Shown: positions 46,197 to 56,680, counted from the first letter of the stretch. The stretch is DNA of 64,000 nt from Alphaproteobacteria bacterium (GCA_965221125.1 CBDCRW010000003.1:96001-160000), one strand, 5' to 3'. Notes: a model not told the origin generated them from the letters alone. Program-made: numbers and translations.

Positions 46197-47279
46197 GAGG
46201 GAGACCTTCGCTGTCCGGCGGTGCGACACTGTGTTCGCCTCACCTCGACCGGATTGTCAATCGATCGGTTCGACGGCCGACCGCGTCAGCACTCGGGCAT
46301 GTTGACCGCGAGGCCGCCCAGGCTTGTCTCCTTGAACTTGACGCTCATCTCCCGCCCGGTCTCGCGCATCGCCTCGATGCAGTTATCGAGCGGCATGAAG
46401 TGTGTGCCGTCGCCCCGCAGCGCGAGCGAGGCGGCGGCCACGGCCTTGGTCGCGCCGATGCCGTTGCGCTCGATGCAGGGCACCTGGACGAGGCCGCCCA
46501 CGGGGTCGCAGGTCATGCCGAGATGGTGCTCCAGCGCGATCTCGGCGGCGTTCTCCACCTGCGCCGGCGTCCCGTCGAGGACCGCGCAGAGCCCCGCGGC
46601 GGCCATCGCGGCAGCGGAGCCCACCTCCGCCTGGCAGCCGGCATCGGCGCCGGAGATCGACGCGTTGGCCTTGATGAGGCCGCCGATCGCTGCGGCGGTG
46701 AGCAGGAACTCCCCGATCCTGTCCGTCTCGGCGCCAAAACAATGATCGAGGTAGTAGCGCAGCACGGCCGGAATCACGCCGGCCGCGCCGTTGGTGGGCG
46801 CCGTCACCACCTTGCCCCCGCCGGCGTTCTCCTCGTTGACCGCCATCGCATAGACGGTCAACCAGTCGGAGTAGACGTGCGGCTGCGCGCTGTTGGAGCC
46901 TTCCTCCTCGCAGAGCTGTTCGAAGAGCTTGCCGGCGCGGCGCTTGACGCGGAGCCCGCCGGGCAGCTCGCCCTGGCACGCAAGCCCGCGATCGATGCAG
47001 GCGTTCATCGCGCCCCAGAGCGCCCCGATACCGGCATCGACTTCGGCCTCCGAGCGGGCGGCGCGCTCGTTCGCCAGCATCATCCGGGCGATGGAGTTGC
47101 CGCTCTCCTCCGCCATTCGCAGCATGGAGGCGGCGTTATCGAACGGGAACGGGACCTGCGTCTCCGCATCGTCGCCGACGCTCGCCCGGTCGCCGGCCAA
47201 CTCCTCGGCCGTCACGATGAAGCCGCCGCCGATCGAATAGTAGATCTGGCTCAGGTAGCCCACCCCTTGGGCGTCGACG

Positions 47280-49369
47280 CAGGGCTCGTTTTTTGTCCGC
47301 CCGGCGAGCGGCGTGAGGTGATCGCGGCGCTGGTCATTTCGTTTTCGCTGTGGCAGTGTAGCGGCCATGGCGACGTTGCCGGGCCTGGATTCGTCCATTG
47401 ATCTGCGTGCGGTCACGGTGCGCCCGACCTGGGGCGCGCGGGAGCACCGGCGCTGGGACCGGCTGGTGGAGGAGCACCACTACCTGCGATTCCACGGCGT
47501 CGTCGGCAAGGGGCTGCGCCATGTCGCGGTGCATGGCGAGACCTGGCTCGCCCTGATCGGCTGGCAGCCGGGCGCGTTCAAGCTGGCCGCGCGCGACCGC
47601 TGGATCGGCTGGTCGGCGGAGCAGCAGTTCCGGCGCCTGCATCTGATCGCGAACAACTCGCGCTTCGTGATCCTGACGCCTGAGCGGGTTCCCAACCTGG
47701 CCTCGCGGGTTCTGGGGCTGAGCCTGCGGCGGCTGTCTGCGGACACCCAGGCGGTGCATGGATACCCGGCGCTCCTGGCCGAGACCTTCGTCGATCCCGC
47801 GCGCTTCGCCGGCACCTGCTACCGCGCGTCGAACTGGCGCTCGCTGGGGATGACGCGCGGCTTTGCCCGTGACCCCGGAGCTGCTCCGCGCTGGCGCCAC
47901 CACGGCCAGCCCAAGGAGGTCTTCGTGTTCGAACTTAGCGATGGCGCCGCCGAAGCGCTGAGCCGGGCCGAGATCCCGGCGAACTGGAACGCCGAGCAAC
48001 ACAGCGAGCCGATGACGGCGCCCCGGCTGCGCAGCCTGTTCGAGTGCCTGGGCGAGGTGCCCGAGTGCCGCCATGCCCGGGGCAAGCGCTATCCCTTGAA
48101 GACCGTGCTGGCGGTTGCCGTCGCCGCCCGCCTTGCCGGCTACCGGGGCTCGACAGCCTTCGCCCAGTTCGCCGCCCTGCTCTCGCAGGAGCAGCTCGAG
48201 GCGGTCGGCGCGTTCTGGAGCCCTTCGAAGAAGCGCTACACCGCGCCCGCGATCACCACCTTCCACAACATCCTCGCCGCCCTGCCGCCGGAGACGCTGG
48301 ACAACGCCATCGGCCGGTGGACCGGCCAGCACGACGGCGCGCACGCCCCGGTCGCCATGGACGGAAAGGACCTGCGCGGCGCCTCGAAGCAGACCGAAGA
48401 CGGGCGGCGCATGATGGTCGCGGCGCTGGTGCACAAGACCGGCATGGTCCTGGGACAGGTCGAGGTCGATAGAAAGAGCAACGAGATCCCCGCCGTGCGC
48501 GAACTCTCCAGCAGTCTCGACCTCGCAGGCCGGACCGTCACCCTCGATGCGATGCACGCCCAGCACGAGACCGCGCGCTGCCTGCTCGGGCGTCGCGCCG
48601 ACTACGTGGTCACCGCGGTGAAGGACAATCAGGAGACCATCCTCGAAGACCTCAAGGCGATCGACTTCTCCGACGCGCCCTGGCACGAAACCGTCGACAA
48701 GGGCCATGGCCGCATCGAGCGCCGCCGCTGCGCCGTCGTCGACCTCTCCGCTGCCGAATGGGACGGCTACGCCAACCTTCACGGACGCCGCCAGGCGATG
48801 CGCATCGAACGCGAGCGCGAGATCCTCAAGACCGGCGAGCGCAGCGTCGAGGTGACCTGGAGCCTGACCTCGCTCGGCGCAGACCGCGCCGGGCCCGAGG
48901 AGCTTCTGGCTCTGGTCCGCAATCACTGGCACATCGAGAACCGGCTGCACTACGTGCGCGACTTCACCTATGACGAAGACCGCTGCCGGGCGTACGTGCG
49001 CCACCTGCCGCGCAATCTCTCCTGCCTGACCAACGCGGCCATCGCCATCGTGCGCTGCGACGGGCGCTTCCGCTTCCTGCCCGAGGCCAACCGGCATTAT
49101 GCCGCCCGCGCCCAGGAGGCTCTCGACGCGATCCTGATCGCGCCCGCTGCATGATCCTGCGGGCGTAACCGCGTCGCAGAGCGCGACGGGACGCGCCGTC
49201 GAACGGCGCGGCGGGATCGCTTTGCCCGGCGAGCCCGAAAACCGAGCCCTACCGGCCCCCGCGGACCCCATGCAGCCGCCCAGCCAAGCTCGGCCAGGAC
49301 CTTCATCGGCCCAAGCCTGCCCGCTCTCGGTCATCCCGCCCTCTCAGCCATGACTAAAAAATGTTCCTG
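47280..49369 (+). mobile_element. ISAs1-family insertion sequence, 2090 bp
   Basis: Imperfect TIRs CAGGGCTCGTTTTTTGTC (47280-47297) and GACTAAAAAATGTTCCTG (49352-49369); 10-bp direct repeats GGCGTCGACG at 47270-47279 and 49370-49379. Confidence 0.93.
47367..49154 (+). CDS. ISAs1-family DDE transposase with N-terminal DUF4338/DruA-like domain
   Basis: C-terminal part: RGKRYPL, VAMDGKDLRG, KSNEIPA, TLDAMHAQ, VKDNQ, GHGRIERR, RNHWHIENRLHYVRDFTYDED. N-terminal ~190 aa: HHYL, ARDRWIGW, NNSRFVIL, NLASRVL, LAETFVDP.RF.GTCYRASNW..LG.TRG. Confidence 0.9.
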   Translation: MATLPGLDSSIDLRAVTVRPTWGAREHRRWDRLVEEHHYLRFHGVVGKGLRHVAVHGETWLALIGWQPGAFKLAARDRWIGWSAEQQFRRLHLIANNSRFVILTPERVPNLASRVLGLSLRRLSADTQAVHGYPALLAETFVDPARFAGTCYRASNWRSLGMTRGFARDPGAAPRWRHHGQPKEVFVFELSDGAAEALSRAEIPANWNAEQHSEPMTAPRLRSLFECLGEVPECRHARGKRYPLKTVLAVAVAARLAGYRGSTAFAQFAALLSQEQLEAVGAFWSPSKKRYTAPAITTFHNILAALPPETLDNAIGRWTGQHDGAHAPVAMDGKDLRGASKQTEDGRRMMVAALVHKTGMVLGQVEVDRKSNEIPAVRELSSSLDLAGRTVTLDAMHAQHETARCLLGRRADYVVTAVKDNQETILEDLKAIDFSDAPWHETVDKGHGRIERRRCAVVDLSAAEWDGYANLHGRRQAMRIEREREILKTGERSVEVTWSLTSLGADRAGPEELLALVRNHWHIENRLHYVRDFTYDEDRCRAYVRHLPRNLSCLTNAAIAIVRCDGRFRFLPEANRHYAARAQEALDAILIAPAA

Positions 49370-50001
49370 GGCGTCGACGGCGTGGAATTCCATGCCGTTG
49401 GGATGGCCCGGCAACGGCGGGCCATAGTCGAAGAAGATGTGGTGATGCGGATCGAACACGAGCGTGATGCCGCCGAGCGAAGGCAGGTGTCTGCTTGCCC
49501 TGAGGATCGCCACGTCGGCCTCGGCCTTGTCGATATCAATGTCGCCGGCGCGATGGCCGAGCAGTCCGAACACGATCGCCCGGTCCGTCGCATGGCCCCT
49601 GCCGGTGAAGGCCAGGGAGCCATGGAGCGAGACGTGAATGCGCAGCCACGAGTCGGGCGGTGGATCCTCCGCGATCCGCTCCGCCAGCAGCGCGAGGAAG
49701 GCCTCGGCCGCCGCCATCGGCCCCATGGTGTGGGACGAGGACGGGCCGATGCCGACCTTGAAGATGTCGAAGACGCTCAGGAACATCGCAATGATGCTCG
49801 GCGATTGGCCGGGCCCCGCTGGCTTGAAGGCGACCTTCACCCGTCAGGTAGCGACGACCCGGGCCCCTTGCAAGACACCATTTCGTGACGGCCGCGCATC
49901 GGGCGATCTCTCCTCCCCGGCGGCATCGCGCCGCAAGGCGATTGTCGCGCAGCCGAGCCTCGGCGAAGATGAGACATACCGGCGTGCGAAGGAGAGGAGC
50001 C

Positions 50002-53000
50002 ATGCGGCGCATCGGCGTAGATGTCGGCGGTACCTTCACGGACCTCATTCTGGTCGACGAGGCGGCGGGCGCGATCACGGTCGACAAGGTGCCGTCCACG
50101 CCGGACGATCCGGCGCGCGCCGTAATGACGGGCGTGGACGCCCTCTGCGGCAAGGCCGGTGTGAGCCTGGAGTCGGTGGACCTGCTGCTGCACGGCACCA
50201 CCGTGGCGACGAATATCGCGATCGAGCACAAGGGCGCCGAGGTCGGCCTGATCACGACCGAGGGCTTCCGCGACATCCTGCACATTGCGCGCCACAAGAA
50301 GCCGCACAACTTCTCGCTCCAGCAGGAGCTGCCGTGGCAATCGCGCCCGCTGGTGAGGCGGCGCCATCGGCTCACGGTGCGCGAACGGGTCACCGCGCCC
50401 AAGGGCGAGATCATCGTGCCGCTGGACGAGGCGGAGGTGCGGGAGCGCGCGCGGGCGCTGCGCAAGGCAGGCGTCGATGCCATCGCCGTCTGCCTGCTGC
50501 ATGCCTATCTCAACCCGGCGCATGAGCAGCGCATCAAGGAAATCCTCCGGGAGGAGTGTCCCGACGCCTACCTTTCGATCTCGAGCGAGGTGCTGCCGCT
50601 CTACCGGGAGTTCGAGCGCTTCTCAACCACGTGCCTCAATGCCTACGTCGGCCCGCGGGTCGGGAGCTACGTGGGCCGGCTCGAGTCCGGCCTGAAGGAT
50701 GCCGGGCTCGCGCGCGGCGTGCGGCTGATGCAGTCCTCCGGCGGCATGACGACGGCGGAGAGCGCAACCGGCGGCCCGGTCAACCTGATGATGTCGGGGC
50801 CGGTGGCGGGGCTCATCGGCGGCATCTGGGCCGGCAAGATGGCCGGCTACGACAACGTGTTCACGCTCGATATCGGCGGCACGTCCGCCGACATCGGCGT
50901 GGCCGCCGGTGGCGCGCTCAGGATGCGCCACCTGCTCGACACCAAGGTCGGCGACTACCAGGCCATGATCCCGATGGTCGATATCGACACCATCGGTGCG
51001 GGCGGCGGCTCCATCGCCTACGTCGACGAGGGCGGCATCTACCGCGTCGGCCCGCAATCCGCCGGCGCCGAGCCGGGCCCCGCCTGCTACGGACGCGGCG
51101 GAGCCGAGCCCACCTCGACGGACGCGCAGGTGGTGCTCGGCCGGCTGCGGACCGACCGCGGGCTCGTCGGCGGGCAGATGACGCTCTACGCGGACCGCGC
51201 CCGCGATGCGCTGCAGGGTCTCGCCGGCACGCTCGGCATGCCGCTGGAGGAGACCGCGCTCGGCGCGCTGCAGATCCAGAAGTTCAGCATGGTGCAGGCG
51301 ATCGAGCTCAACAGCGTGCGGCGCGGCTACGACCCGCGCGACTTCACACTCGTCGCTGCCGGCGGTGCGGGCCCGCTCTTCGCCTGCGACATCGCGGTCG
51401 AGCTGGAGATCCCGCGCGTGCTGGTGCCGCCGCATCCCGGCATCCTCTCAGCCACCGGGCTGCTCGCCACCGACATGCAGCACGAGTTCGTCACAACCGA
51501 GCGCCAGCCGCTCGCCACTCTCGACCGCGCCCATCTCGCGGCGCGCTTCGAGGAGCTGACATCGCAAGCGCTGTCGCGGCTGGAGGCGGACGGCGTGCCG
51601 GAGGGCGACCGCCTGATCCGCCGCCTCGCGGACTGCCGCTACGCCGGCCAGGGCTACGAGGTCCGCTTCGACGCGCCGGCAGGCGATATCGACGACGCCT
51701 GGATCGAGGAGCTGGCCGACCGCTTCCACCGCGCGCACGAGGCCGAGTACGGCCACCGCTTCGACGCACCCATCGAGATCATCAACATCCGTGCCGTTGG
51801 CATCGGCCGCATTCCCGACCTCGACTGGCCGGAGATCGAAGGAGGCGGCGGCGGCGAAGCCACGCCGTTGCTACGCCAGCCGGTCGTCTTCGAGGTCGAG
51901 GGCAAGGGCGAGACCCACGAGACCCCGTTCTACGACCGCGTAGCGCTCCGTGCGGGCGACAGCATATCGGGTCCCGCCATCGTCGAGCAGTACGACACGA
52001 CCATCGTGATCCCGCCCCGTTGCGAGGCCGCGATCGATGCGCGCGGCAACATCGTGATCGACTGCGCGGGCGCTGCGGCGCAGCACGGGCACGACCTCGC
52101 GGCGCCGATCATGCAGCGCGTCATCGGCGGCGCGTTCACCGCCATCGCGCAGGAGATGGCGGGCGTGCTCTACCGTATGTCGTACTCGTCGATCATCCGC
52201 GAGTCCGAAGACCTGGGCGCCGGCGTCTTCGACCGCGACGGCCTGATGCTGGCGGAATCGGAATCGACGCCGATGTTCATGGGCGCCATGCCGCGCATCG
52301 TGCAGAACGTCATCAAGCTGCTCGACGGCGACATTCACGAAGGCGACATCATCTTCCACAACGACCCCTATTACGGGGCCACCCACTCGCCCGACTGCGC
52401 CATCGTGATGCCGATCTACCACCAGGAGGAGCTGGTGGGTTTCGCCGGCGCATCCGCTCACCTGCTCGATATCGGGGGCGCGTATCCTGGACTCAACATC
52501 AACGCCGTCGACATCTACGCCGAGGGCAACATCTACCGGGCCGTGAAACTCGCCGTGAAAGGCGTGCGCCAGGACGGGCTCTGGAAGCACATCCTGGAGA
52601 ACATGCGCACGCCCACGCCCAACGAGGGCGACATCCAGGCGATGATCGCGGCCTGCGAGCTTGCCAAGCGGCGCTACCTCGATCTCATCGGGCGCTATGG
52701 GCTCGCCGCCGTCGAGGACGCGGGCCAGCACTGGATGACCTATTCGGAGCAGATGCTGCGCCGCGAGATCGCCAAGATCCCCGACGGCGAGTACGAGACG
52801 GCCGTGGGCTACCTCGACGACGACGGGGTGAACCGCGGCCGCAAGCTGCCGGTCAAGGTCAAGGTGATCATCGAGGGCGACGAGATCACCTACGACCTCA
52901 CCGGCTCCAGCGAGGAAGTGCCGACCGGCTACAACGTCCCCTTCGAGGGCACGACGTGCTCTGCCATGTCCTTCATCACGCGGATGATCTTCCTCGATAC

Positions 53001-53868
53001 CGTGACGCACCCGGTCTACGTGCCGCAGAACGAGGGCATGACGCGGCCGATCAACGTGATCGCGCCCAAGGGCTCGATCTTCAACCCCAACTTCCCGCGC
53101 TCCTGCTTCGCCCGCTTCTGCCAGGTGCAGCGCGCCGTCGACCTGGTGCTCCGCGCGCTCGCGCCTGTGGTGCCGGAGCGGGTGACCGCGGGCAACTCGG
53201 CGCACCTGCACTTCATCTCGTACTCCGGCTTCGACACCGAGCAGGGCGAGTACTGGGTCTATCTCGAAGTGGACGAGGGCTCATACGGCGGCCGGCCGGA
53301 CCGCGACGGGCTCGACGCCGTGGACTGCCTCATCGCCAACACCCGCAACAACCCGATCGAGGAGCTGGAGTGGCGCTTCCCCATCCGCACCGAGCGCTAC
53401 GAGCTCCGCAACGAGCCCTGCGCCGCCGGCAAGTGGCGGGGCGGCATCGGCATGGTGCGGGTCAACAAGATGCTGGTGGACACCATCGTCACCTGCGAGG
53501 GCGAGCGGCACGAATCCGACGAGCCCTGGGGCGTGTTCGGCGGCATGGCGGGGCTGAACGCCTCCGTGGTCCGCAACCGGGGCGGCGCGGACGAGGAGGC
53601 GTGGCCGTCGAAGTTCACCGGCTTCCGCCTCGCCGCCGGCGACAGCATCGAGATCACGGTGCCCAACTCCGGCGGCTACGGCGACCCGCTGGAGCGCGAT
53701 CCGGCGCTCGTGCTGGCTGACGTGTTCGACGGCTTCACCACCGTCGAGCGTGCGCGCGACGACTACGGCGTGGTGATCGAGGCGGACCCGCTGCGGCTCG
53801 ACGAGGACGCGACCCGCAGGGTGCGGGCCGAACGCTCCGGCGCAGCGCGGCAGCCGCAGCCGGCGTGA
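50002..53868 (+). CDS. Fused hydantoinase A+B / 5-oxoprolinase-like ATP-dependent lactamase
   Basis: A half (GVDVGGTFTD, GPQSAGAEPGPACYG) joined in frame to a B half (YSSIIRESED, HNDPYYGATHSPD, SAHLLDIGG, SGGYGDP); ATG 50002 after GGAGAGGAG. Confidence 0.93.
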   Translation: MRRIGVDVGGTFTDLILVDEAAGAITVDKVPSTPDDPARAVMTGVDALCGKAGVSLESVDLLLHGTTVATNIAIEHKGAEVGLITTEGFRDILHIARHKKPHNFSLQQELPWQSRPLVRRRHRLTVRERVTAPKGEIIVPLDEAEVRERARALRKAGVDAIAVCLLHAYLNPAHEQRIKEILREECPDAYLSISSEVLPLYREFERFSTTCLNAYVGPRVGSYVGRLESGLKDAGLARGVRLMQSSGGMTTAESATGGPVNLMMSGPVAGLIGGIWAGKMAGYDNVFTLDIGGTSADIGVAAGGALRMRHLLDTKVGDYQAMIPMVDIDTIGAGGGSIAYVDEGGIYRVGPQSAGAEPGPACYGRGGAEPTSTDAQVVLGRLRTDRGLVGGQMTLYADRARDALQGLAGTLGMPLEETALGALQIQKFSMVQAIELNSVRRGYDPRDFTLVAAGGAGPLFACDIAVELEIPRVLVPPHPGILSATGLLATDMQHEFVTTERQPLATLDRAHLAARFEELTSQALSRLEADGVPEGDRLIRRLADCRYAGQGYEVRFDAPAGDIDDAWIEELADRFHRAHEAEYGHRFDAPIEIINIRAVGIGRIPDLDWPEIEGGGGGEATPLLRQPVVFEVEGKGETHETPFYDRVALRAGDSISGPAIVEQYDTTIVIPPRCEAAIDARGNIVIDCAGAAAQHGHDLAAPIMQRVIGGAFTAIAQEMAGVLYRMSYSSIIRESEDLGAGVFDRDGLMLAESESTPMFMGAMPRIVQNVIKLLDGDIHEGDIIFHNDPYYGATHSPDCAIVMPIYHQEELVGFAGASAHLLDIGGAYPGLNINAVDIYAEGNIYRAVKLAVKGVRQDGLWKHILENMRTPTPNEGDIQAMIAACELAKRRYLDLIGRYGLAAVEDAGQHWMTYSEQMLRREIAKIPDGEYETAVGYLDDDGVNRGRKLPVKVKVIIEGDEITYDLTGSSEEVPTGYNVPFEGTTCSAMSFITRMIFLDTVTHPVYVPQNEGMTRPINVIAPKGSIFNPNFPRSCFARFCQVQRAVDLVLRALAPVVPERVTAGNSAHLHFISYSGFDTEQGEYWVYLEVDEGSYGGRPDRDGLDAVDCLIANTRNNPIEELEWRFPIRTERYELRNEPCAAGKWRGGIGMVRVNKMLVDTIVTCEGERHESDEPWGVFGGMAGLNASVVRNRGGADEEAWPSKFTGFRLAAGDSIEITVPNSGGYGDPLERDPALVLADVFDGFTTVERARDDYGVVIEADPLRLDEDATRRVRAERSGAARQPQPA

Positions 53869-53977
53869 GGCGTCGATTGCCGCTCAACTGCGGCGGACAG
53901 AGGCTATCCCGCCTGCGGTGGCCGTGCGATAACGGGTTGAACGATTCACGCCATCCGATGACGCAGGGAGAGGACGC

Positions 53978-55426
53978 ATGACCGGCGGGATTTCCGAGGT
54001 TTACGGCACGCTTGACGGAATGGGGCTCGCCGCCCTCGTCGGGAAGGGAGAGGTCTCGCCGAGCGAGGTAATCGAAGAGGCGATCCGCCGCGCCGAGGCG
54101 GTCAACGGCGAGCTCAACTTCCTCACCTACAAGGCTTACGAGGAAGGCCGCACGATGGCGGCCGACCCCGCGCTCCCCGACGGGCCCTTCAAGGGCGTCC
54201 CCTGGCTCGTGAAGGAGATCGCGACCGACTGGACCGGCCTGCAGAACACCAACGCCTGCCCCTACTTCAAGGACGTGGTCTCGACCAGCGACAACGAGCA
54301 GGTGCGGCGCGTGAAGCAGGCGGGCTTCGTGCTGCTCGGCAAGTCCAACTCGCCGGAGGCCGGCTGGGCGCTCTCCACCGAGCCCAAGATGTACGGGCCC
54401 ACCGTCAATCCCTGGGATACGACGCGCACGCCGGGCGGCTCCTCCGGCGGCTCGGCGGCGGCGGTCGCGTCTCGCGTCCTGCCGCTGGCGGAAGCCAGCG
54501 ACGGCGGCGGCTCCATCCGCACGCCGGCATGCCACTCCGGCCTCGTCGGCCTCAAGCCCGCGCGCGGGCGCATCACCATGGCGCCGGGGGCCGACTTCTG
54601 GTACGGCGGCGTGACCTTCCTCTGCGTCTCGCGCTCGGTCCGCGACACCGCCGCCTTCTTCGATGCCGTGGGCGGCCCCATGCCGGGCGATCCCTACTAC
54701 GCGGTGATGCCGGACACCCCCTACCTCGACGAGGTCGGCACGGATCCCGGCAGCCTCTCGATCGCCATGGTCACCGCCTCCCCCGACGGCTGCACGCCGG
54801 TGGACCCGGAGGTGAGGGAGGGGATCGAGAACACCGGCAAGCTGCTGGAGAGCCTGGGCCACCGCATCACGCCGGAGACCGCGCCCTACGACTTCTGGCC
54901 GCTCTACGACTGCTACATGCGGATCGGCGCCGTGGTCACCGCGGCCTGGTTCGACGGCTCGGCCGCGCTCGTCGGCCACGAGCTCCGGCAGGACGAGACC
55001 GAGAACCTCTACTGGACCACGATCCAGCGCGGCCGCAGCATCTCGGCCGTCGATCACCACAACGACATCGCGCAGCTCCGCGCCATGTGCCGCGAAATCG
55101 TGGGCCGCATGGCCGCTTACGACGCGTGGCTCTGCCCGGTAGTGCCGATGGTGGCGCGCAAGATCGGCTACTACGACATGTCGCGCGAGTGCGACGACTA
55201 CAACGCGAACATCATGGGGCCGGACTGCGCCTTCACCCAGCCCTTCAACGCGATGGGGCTGCCGGGCATCTCGCTGCCGCTGCACTGGACGGCGGGCGGC
55301 GTGCCGGTGGGCTCGCAGCTGGTCGGGCGCGACCTCGACGAGGCGCTGCTCTTCCGCCTCGCCAGCCAGCTGGAGCAGGCGCAGCCCTGGGCCGACCGCG
55401 TCCCGCCGGTCAACGCGGGCGCGTGA
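53978..55426 (+). CDS. Amidase signature family amidase
   Basis: GVPWLVKE (catalytic Lys), TPGGSSGGSAAAVA, SDGGGSIRTPA. Confidence 0.93.
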   Translation: MTGGISEVYGTLDGMGLAALVGKGEVSPSEVIEEAIRRAEAVNGELNFLTYKAYEEGRTMAADPALPDGPFKGVPWLVKEIATDWTGLQNTNACPYFKDVVSTSDNEQVRRVKQAGFVLLGKSNSPEAGWALSTEPKMYGPTVNPWDTTRTPGGSSGGSAAAVASRVLPLAEASDGGGSIRTPACHSGLVGLKPARGRITMAPGADFWYGGVTFLCVSRSVRDTAAFFDAVGGPMPGDPYYAVMPDTPYLDEVGTDPGSLSIAMVTASPDGCTPVDPEVREGIENTGKLLESLGHRITPETAPYDFWPLYDCYMRIGAVVTAAWFDGSAALVGHELRQDETENLYWTTIQRGRSISAVDHHNDIAQLRAMCREIVGRMAAYDAWLCPVVPMVARKIGYYDMSRECDDYNANIMGPDCAFTQPFNAMGLPGISLPLHWTAGGVPVGSQLVGRDLDEALLFRLASQLEQAQPWADRVPPVNAGA

Positions 55427-55476
55427 TTTCCCCTTTGACGCACAGGACGAAGAGACACCACAGGAGACCGAGACCC

Positions 55477-56616
55477 ATGAGAAAGCCACTCAGCTTGTTG
55501 ACGGCGGCGGTTGCCGCGATGGCGCTGGCCACGGCCGCCCACGCCGAGACCCTCAAGGTCGGCATGATCACGACCCTTTCCGGCGGCGGCGCCGCCCTCG
55601 GAGTCGACGTGCGCGACGGCTTCATGCTCGCCGTCAACCAGGCCGGCGCCGATATCGAAGTGATCGTCGACGACGACCAGCGCAAGCCGGACATCGCCGT
55701 GCAGCTCGCCGACAAGCTGGTGCAGAGCGACAAAGTGGACGTGCTGACCGGCATCATCTGGTCGAACCTCGCCATCGCGGTCGTGCCCGCGGTGGTGCAG
55801 CAGGGCAAGTTCTACCTCTCGCCCAACGCGGGGCCCTCGCTCCTCGCCGGCGAACGCTGCCACGAGAACTACTTCAACGTCGCCTGGCAGAACGACAATC
55901 TGGCGGAGGCAGCGGGCGGCTACGCGAATGACGCGGGCTACAGCAACAGCTTCCTGCTCGCGCCCAACTATCCCGCCGGGCGGGACATGCTCACCGGCTA
56001 CAAGCGCTTCTACACGGGCGCCGTGGCCGACGAGGTCTACACCAAGTTGGGCGCGAGCGACTACGCGGCGGAGATCGCGCAGATCCGGGCGTCGGGCGCG
56101 GACAGCGTGTATTTCTTCCTGCCGGGCGGCATGGGAATCGCCTTCCTCAAGCAGTACGCGCAGGCCGGCGTCGACATCCCGCTCGTGGGCCCGGCCTTCT
56201 CCTTCGACCAAGGGATCCTGCAGGCCGTCGGCGAGGCCGCGCTCGGCGTGAGGAACACCTCGCAGTGGAACAAGGACATCGACAATCCGACCAACAAGGC
56301 CTTCGTCGAGACCTTCCAGGCCGAGTACGGCCGCCTGCCCTCGCTCTACGCGAGCCAGGGCTTCGATACGGCGAACCTGCTGATCTCGGCCATGGGCAAG
56401 GCCAGCGTCTCGGACGCAGACGCCTTCCGCGACGCCCTCAGGGCGGCCGATTTCGCGTCCACCCGGGGCAGCTTCGCGTTCGCGCCCAACCACCATCCGA
56501 TCCAGGACATCTACGTTCGCGAAGTGATCAAGGAAGGCGACGTCTACACCAACAAGATCGTCGGCGTGGCGATGACCGGCCACGGCAACGCCTATATCGA
56601 CGACTGCCAGATGTAG
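55477..56616 (+). CDS. Liv-type ABC transporter substrate-binding protein
   Basis: Signal peptide, LKVGMITTLSGGGA, TGIIWSN, APNYPAGRD; ATG after AGGAG. Confidence 0.9.
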   Translation: MRKPLSLLTAAVAAMALATAAHAETLKVGMITTLSGGGAALGVDVRDGFMLAVNQAGADIEVIVDDDQRKPDIAVQLADKLVQSDKVDVLTGIIWSNLAIAVVPAVVQQGKFYLSPNAGPSLLAGERCHENYFNVAWQNDNLAEAAGGYANDAGYSNSFLLAPNYPAGRDMLTGYKRFYTGAVADEVYTKLGASDYAAEIAQIRASGADSVYFFLPGGMGIAFLKQYAQAGVDIPLVGPAFSFDQGILQAVGEAALGVRNTSQWNKDIDNPTNKAFVETFQAEYGRLPSLYASQGFDTANLLISAMGKASVSDADAFRDALRAADFASTRGSFAFAPNHHPIQDIYVREVIKEGDVYTNKIVGVAMTGHGNAYIDDCQM

Positions 56617-56632
56617 CCGACACGCAGACCTG

Positions 56633-56667
56633 GAACGGGCCGCCCGGCGCGGCCCGTTCTTTGCTTT
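56633..56667 (+). terminator. Intra-operon hairpin/terminator after the binding-protein gene
   Basis: GAACGGGCCGC-ccggc-GCGGCCCGTTC followed by TTTGCTTT. Confidence 0.65.
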
Positions 56668-56680
56668 GGGCGACTAGGAC

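Larger units (their letters stand above)
46286..49786 (-). pseudogene. sdaA: L-serine ammonia-lyase (Fe-S dependent) interrupted by an IS
   Basis: 5' part 49786-49370 (MFLSVFDIFKVGIGPSSSHTMGPM..GRGHATD..HPNGM) and 3' part 47279-46286 ([44 protein letters not shown]). Removing the IS and one target copy rejoins FHAVDAQGVGY in frame (1401 bp). Confidence 0.95.

Noticed and set aside
47367-47950. A complete Druantia defence system
   Set aside because: Only a DruA-like domain is present, inside an IS; no DruE-like helicase or other Druantia genes occur in the window.
46286-49840. Natural two-subunit (alpha/beta) serine dehydratase
   Set aside because: The break coincides with IS ends and a 10-bp target duplication, and the halves rejoin in frame as a single-chain enzyme.
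50556-56616. Very long alternative-frame ORFs (50556-53720 and the 5' part of 54529-56616)
   Set aside because: Arg/Gly/Pro-rich shadow frames overlapping well-supported genes, with no recognisable motifs.
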